DNA of 54,265 bases from a virus. Taxonomy: Duplodnaviria > Caudoviricetes. The stretch lies in the IMG/VR virus record IMGVR_UViG_3300044471_000002, positions 1-54,265 of that record; one strand, written 5' to 3'. This document shows, piece after piece, positions 51,860 through 54,265 of this stretch (the stretch's first letter is position 1; the number at the start of each line of letters is the position of its first letter). The notes under the pieces are model-generated. The model did not search any database and was not told the origin of the DNA. It saw only the letters and a list, made by a program, of their open reading frames with translations. A program made the translations under genes and the position numbers.

Positions 51860-52041
51860 GCACACGCGCATCGCCTGTTGAGCTTCGCAAGGCGCTAGAC
51901 ATGGCCAAGACTCTTAGCGACGCGGGCATTCTCTTCGTCCCCATGCCAGTTTCTAACGAAACGGAGTCGGCTAAGCTGGTAGCCGAAGCGATGGATAAAC
52001 TGGAGCAGATGGCCGTAGTGGCCGAAGAGGTGAAGCCATGA
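51856..52041 (+). CDS. Hypothetical protein
   Basis: ASPVELRKAL......AGILFVPMPV; coupled ORF. Confidence 0.7.
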   Translation: MSTRASPVELRKALDMAKTLSDAGILFVPMPVSNETESAKLVAEAMDKLEQMAVVAEEVKP

Positions 52042-52205
52042 GCCTACCAACCGAAGCCGAGATGCGCGAGCAAGCCAAGCAGGCTGCACGGGCTAAGCGC
52101 CGCGCCCATCTCATCGAAGAGATTATCATCCACAACCCATGCGTGACGGACGAGGAGTGTCTGGCCGCAGTTGAGCAAATTATGAGGCTGCAAGATGAGC
52201 AATGA
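52038..52205 (+). CDS. Small hypothetical protein (55 aa)
   Basis: GAGG RBS; ATGA overlap; read by eye. Confidence 0.6.
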   Translation: MSLPTEAEMREQAKQAARAKRRAHLIEEIIIHNPCVTDEECLAAVEQIMRLQDEQ

Positions 52206-52608
52206 CTGGATTAAATGGCCTGGCGGAGACTGCCCGGTTGCCAAGGGAACGCTGGTAGACGTGAAGTATCGGGATGGCGTGGAGGCGATGGGAGTGACTG
52301 CGGGAACAGAGTGGGGTGAGGATGGCCACACTAGCGTTAATAACCGGTGCGCTCTTGAATGGGGTAATTTCGACAGTATGTTCGACTGGGATATTGTCGC
52401 CTACCGTCTCGCTCAGCCAGCCCACGTAACTCGACTGCTGACCGAACGAGATGAGCTGAAAGAGCGTGCAGACAAGCTGCGTGATTTCATCGAGTCGGAC
52501 ACGTACCTGGGGCTGGCCGTTGAAGACCAGTTACTCCTCCACGAGCAGCACGACGCCATGACTGAGTACCTGGCGGTATTGGATAAGAGGATTGCACGAC
52601 ATGGCTAA
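52195..52608 (+). CDS. Two-domain phage protein with C-terminal helical hairpin (crAss001_48-like)
   Basis: WI.W.GG.CPV...DIVAYR then R...E..EL.ER..KL..F...LL.EQ..AM.EY..VL..RI. Confidence 0.7.
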   Translation: MSNDWIKWPGGDCPVAKGTLVDVKYRDGVEAMGVTAGTEWGEDGHTSVNNRCALEWGNFDSMFDWDIVAYRLAQPAHVTRLLTERDELKERADKLRDFIESDTYLGLAVEDQLLLHEQHDAMTEYLAVLDKRIARHG

Positions 52609-52936
52609 ACTTACCGCAGAGATGCGTATATTAGACTCTGCCGACTGGCAGGAGTTGCTAACCATCATGTTACCGCACCTTGACGAGCTGCCAGCCCCGG
52701 TGCAGCAAGGGCTTGAAGCGCTGTCCAATGGCGAGGCGCTGGTGTGGGATAGCGACTGGGTGCTCAAGCAGTGCTTATGTCCGTCTAGAGTCACAGTGGT
52801 GGCTGACGGCCTGACAGTAGACGCTTGCCGCCGAGTACTCCCAATCCGGCGTGGCTACGTGGCGGATGAAGGAGAGTTCGTTCCGGCCCACACGCTCTCC
52901 ATCATGCACAAGGGTAAAGTCTTGGCGGGTTGGTGA
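52601..52936 (+). CDS. Hypothetical protein
   Basis: GAGGA RBS; coupled ORF. Confidence 0.7.
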   Translation: MAKLTAEMRILDSADWQELLTIMLPHLDELPAPVQQGLEALSNGEALVWDSDWVLKQCLCPSRVTVVADGLTVDACRRVLPIRRGYVADEGEFVPAHTLSIMHKGKVLAGW

Positions 52937-52948
52937 TATACTGGCGGC

Positions 52949-54265
52949 ATGACCAACAACCGTGCCGCCTATATGCCGACCGACATTCGTATCGCCAGCA
53001 AGGATAATTGGCCGCCCGACTACCGGGTGGTTTTCGCTTCCCGCATGAAGCTGCTAGCCAGCATCAAAGCAGACCCGCAATCCCGTCAAGCCGCTCTGGC
53101 TCACTATGCCAAATCACCTGTAGATTTCATCCTCGACTGGGGCGTCACATACGACCCACGCTCCAAGCCCACGCTCATGCCGTTCTGCCTCTTCCCGCGT
53201 CAAGTCGAGCTGGTCGGGTACCTGCACGCTTGCGTCACAGACCAAGAGCATGGCCTGATTGAGAAGTGCCGCGACGCCGGGGCCACCTGGGTGTGTTGCG
53301 CCTTCTCGGTCTGGCTGTGGCTATTCTGGCCTGGCGCCGCTGTGGGGTTCGGTAGCCGGAAGGAAGAGCTGGTCGACCGGCTCGGCGACCCGAAGTGTAT
53401 CTTCGACAAGGTGCGCCAAATCATCAACTACCTGCCGCGAGACCTGTTCTGGCCGGAAGGCTTCAACCCCAAGGAACACATGACGTTCATGAAGGTCGTG
53501 AACCCCGAGAACGGCGCGACCATCGCGGGCGAGGCGGGCGATAACATCGGTCGTGGCGGCCGGACGCTTATTTACTTCAAGGATGAGAGCGCCCACTACC
53601 CGCGCCCAGAGCTTATCGAGGCGGCGCTGGGCGACAACACGAATGTACAGATAGATATCTCGTCGGTGAATGGCCTTGGGAACGTCTTCCACCGGCGCCG
53701 GCAGTCTGGCGTTGAGTGGCCGGACCGCCAGCCTGGGCAGACCCGAGTGTTTGTCTTCGACTGGCGCGACCACCCGGGCAAGACTCAAGAATGGTACGAC
53801 CAGCGTCGAGCCAAGGCAGAGCGTGAAGGTCTGCTCGCCAACTTCGCCCAAGAAGTGGATCGCGACTACTCAGCAGCCGTCGAGAATGTCCTCATCCCCG
53901 GCCTATGGGTTAGCGCAGCGGTCGAGGCGCACATCAAGCTGGGCATCGAGCCGTCCGGCCAGCGCGTGGCCGCTATGGACGTTGCAGACGGCGGGGCGGA
54001 CGTCAATGCGCTGGCAATCCGGCACGGCATCGTGCTGGAAAGCGTCGAGAAGGACGGCGGAGAGGCGGATGTTATCGGGGCCAAGTATTATGTACGCGCA
54101 ATATTCAAGCGTGCCGAGACATGGCGCTACGAGGTCAATGGGGTGGGGGCGGGGGCTCGAGCAGGCGCCCGTAAGGTCGTAGACGCTAACGCTCATAACC
54201 CTAGCGCCAGGTTACCCGCAATCATAGCGTGGAACCCTGCGGGCGGTGTGGTCAACCCGGCTGGC
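52949..54265 (+). CDS. terL: Terminase large subunit, N-terminal part (568 aa in total with 128-517)
   Basis: Absent from the ORF track (no stop before the edge). Read by eye: PFCLFPRQ, EKCRDAGATW (Walker A-like), GFGSRKE, IGRGGR..IYFKDESAH (Walker B), ISSVNG; T1-like type. Confidence 0.93.
   Translation, partial: MTNNRAAYMPTDIRIASKDNWPPDYRVVFASRMKLLASIKADPQSRQAALAHYAKSPVDFILDWGVTYDPRSKPTLMPFCLFPRQVELVGYLHACVTDQEHGLIEKCRDAGATWVCCAFSVWLWLFWPGAAVGFGSRKEELVDRLGDPKCIFDKVRQIINYLPRDLFWPEGFNPKEHMTFMKVVNPENGATIAGEAGDNIGRGGRTLIYFKDESAHYPRPELIEAALGDNTNVQIDISSVNGLGNVFHRRRQSGVEWPDRQPGQTRVFVFDWRDHPGKTQEWYDQRRAKAEREGLLANFAQEVDRDYSAAVENVLIPGLWVSAAVEAHIKLGIEPSGQRVAAMDVADGGADVNALAIRHGIVLESVEKDGGEADVIGAKYYVRAIFKRAETWRYEVNGVGAGARAGARKVVDANAHNPSARLPAIIAWNPAGGVVNPAG
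54139..54265. repeat. Terminal direct repeat copy 2
   Basis: Identical to 1-127. Confidence 0.95.

Noticed and set aside
54139-54265. 127-bp terminal repeat as a biological genome end
   Set aside because: It lies inside terL and matches a standard assembler k-mer length, so it is best explained as a circular assembly overlap

Overview
The window is an apparently complete, circularly permuted dsDNA tailed-phage genome of 54,138 bp. The last 127 bp (54139-54265) exactly repeat 1-127, and the terminase large subunit gene runs across this junction. The gene set is siphovirus-like: portal, Mu-F-like head protein, protease, scaffold, major capsid, neck, major tail, frameshifted tail chaperone, tape measure, Dit/NlpC/J-like tail tip and an inverted SGNH-esterase tail spike. 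It also has a SAR-endolysin/holin/spanin lysis cassette and a replication module (family A DNA polymerase, SSB, Cas4-like exonuclease, SF2 helicase, VRR-NUC nuclease, primase-polymerase/SF3 helicase), plus dUTPase, two tRNAs and many small accessory genes. I saw no integrase or CI-type repressor, so it is probably lytic. A gammaproteobacterial host (possibly Aeromonas) is an inference only. Most notable: (1) the DNA polymerase gene is fractured by a very small, naturally split intein (90 aa + 24 aa), with a free-standing GIY-YIG endonuclease gene between the halves; (2) a ~230-bp AT-rich origin-like element occurs twice, one copy near the primase-helicase gene and the other next to a Rha-family gene whose C-terminus resembles the primase C-terminal domain and which has a C4-like antisense leader; (3) two near-identical 19-bp-stem RNA cassettes carrying tRNA T-arm-like hairpins lie upstream of the tRNAs; (4) an HNH gene appears to have supplied a replacement 3' end for the gene it invaded. 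All family assignments come from motif recognition by eye, not database searches.
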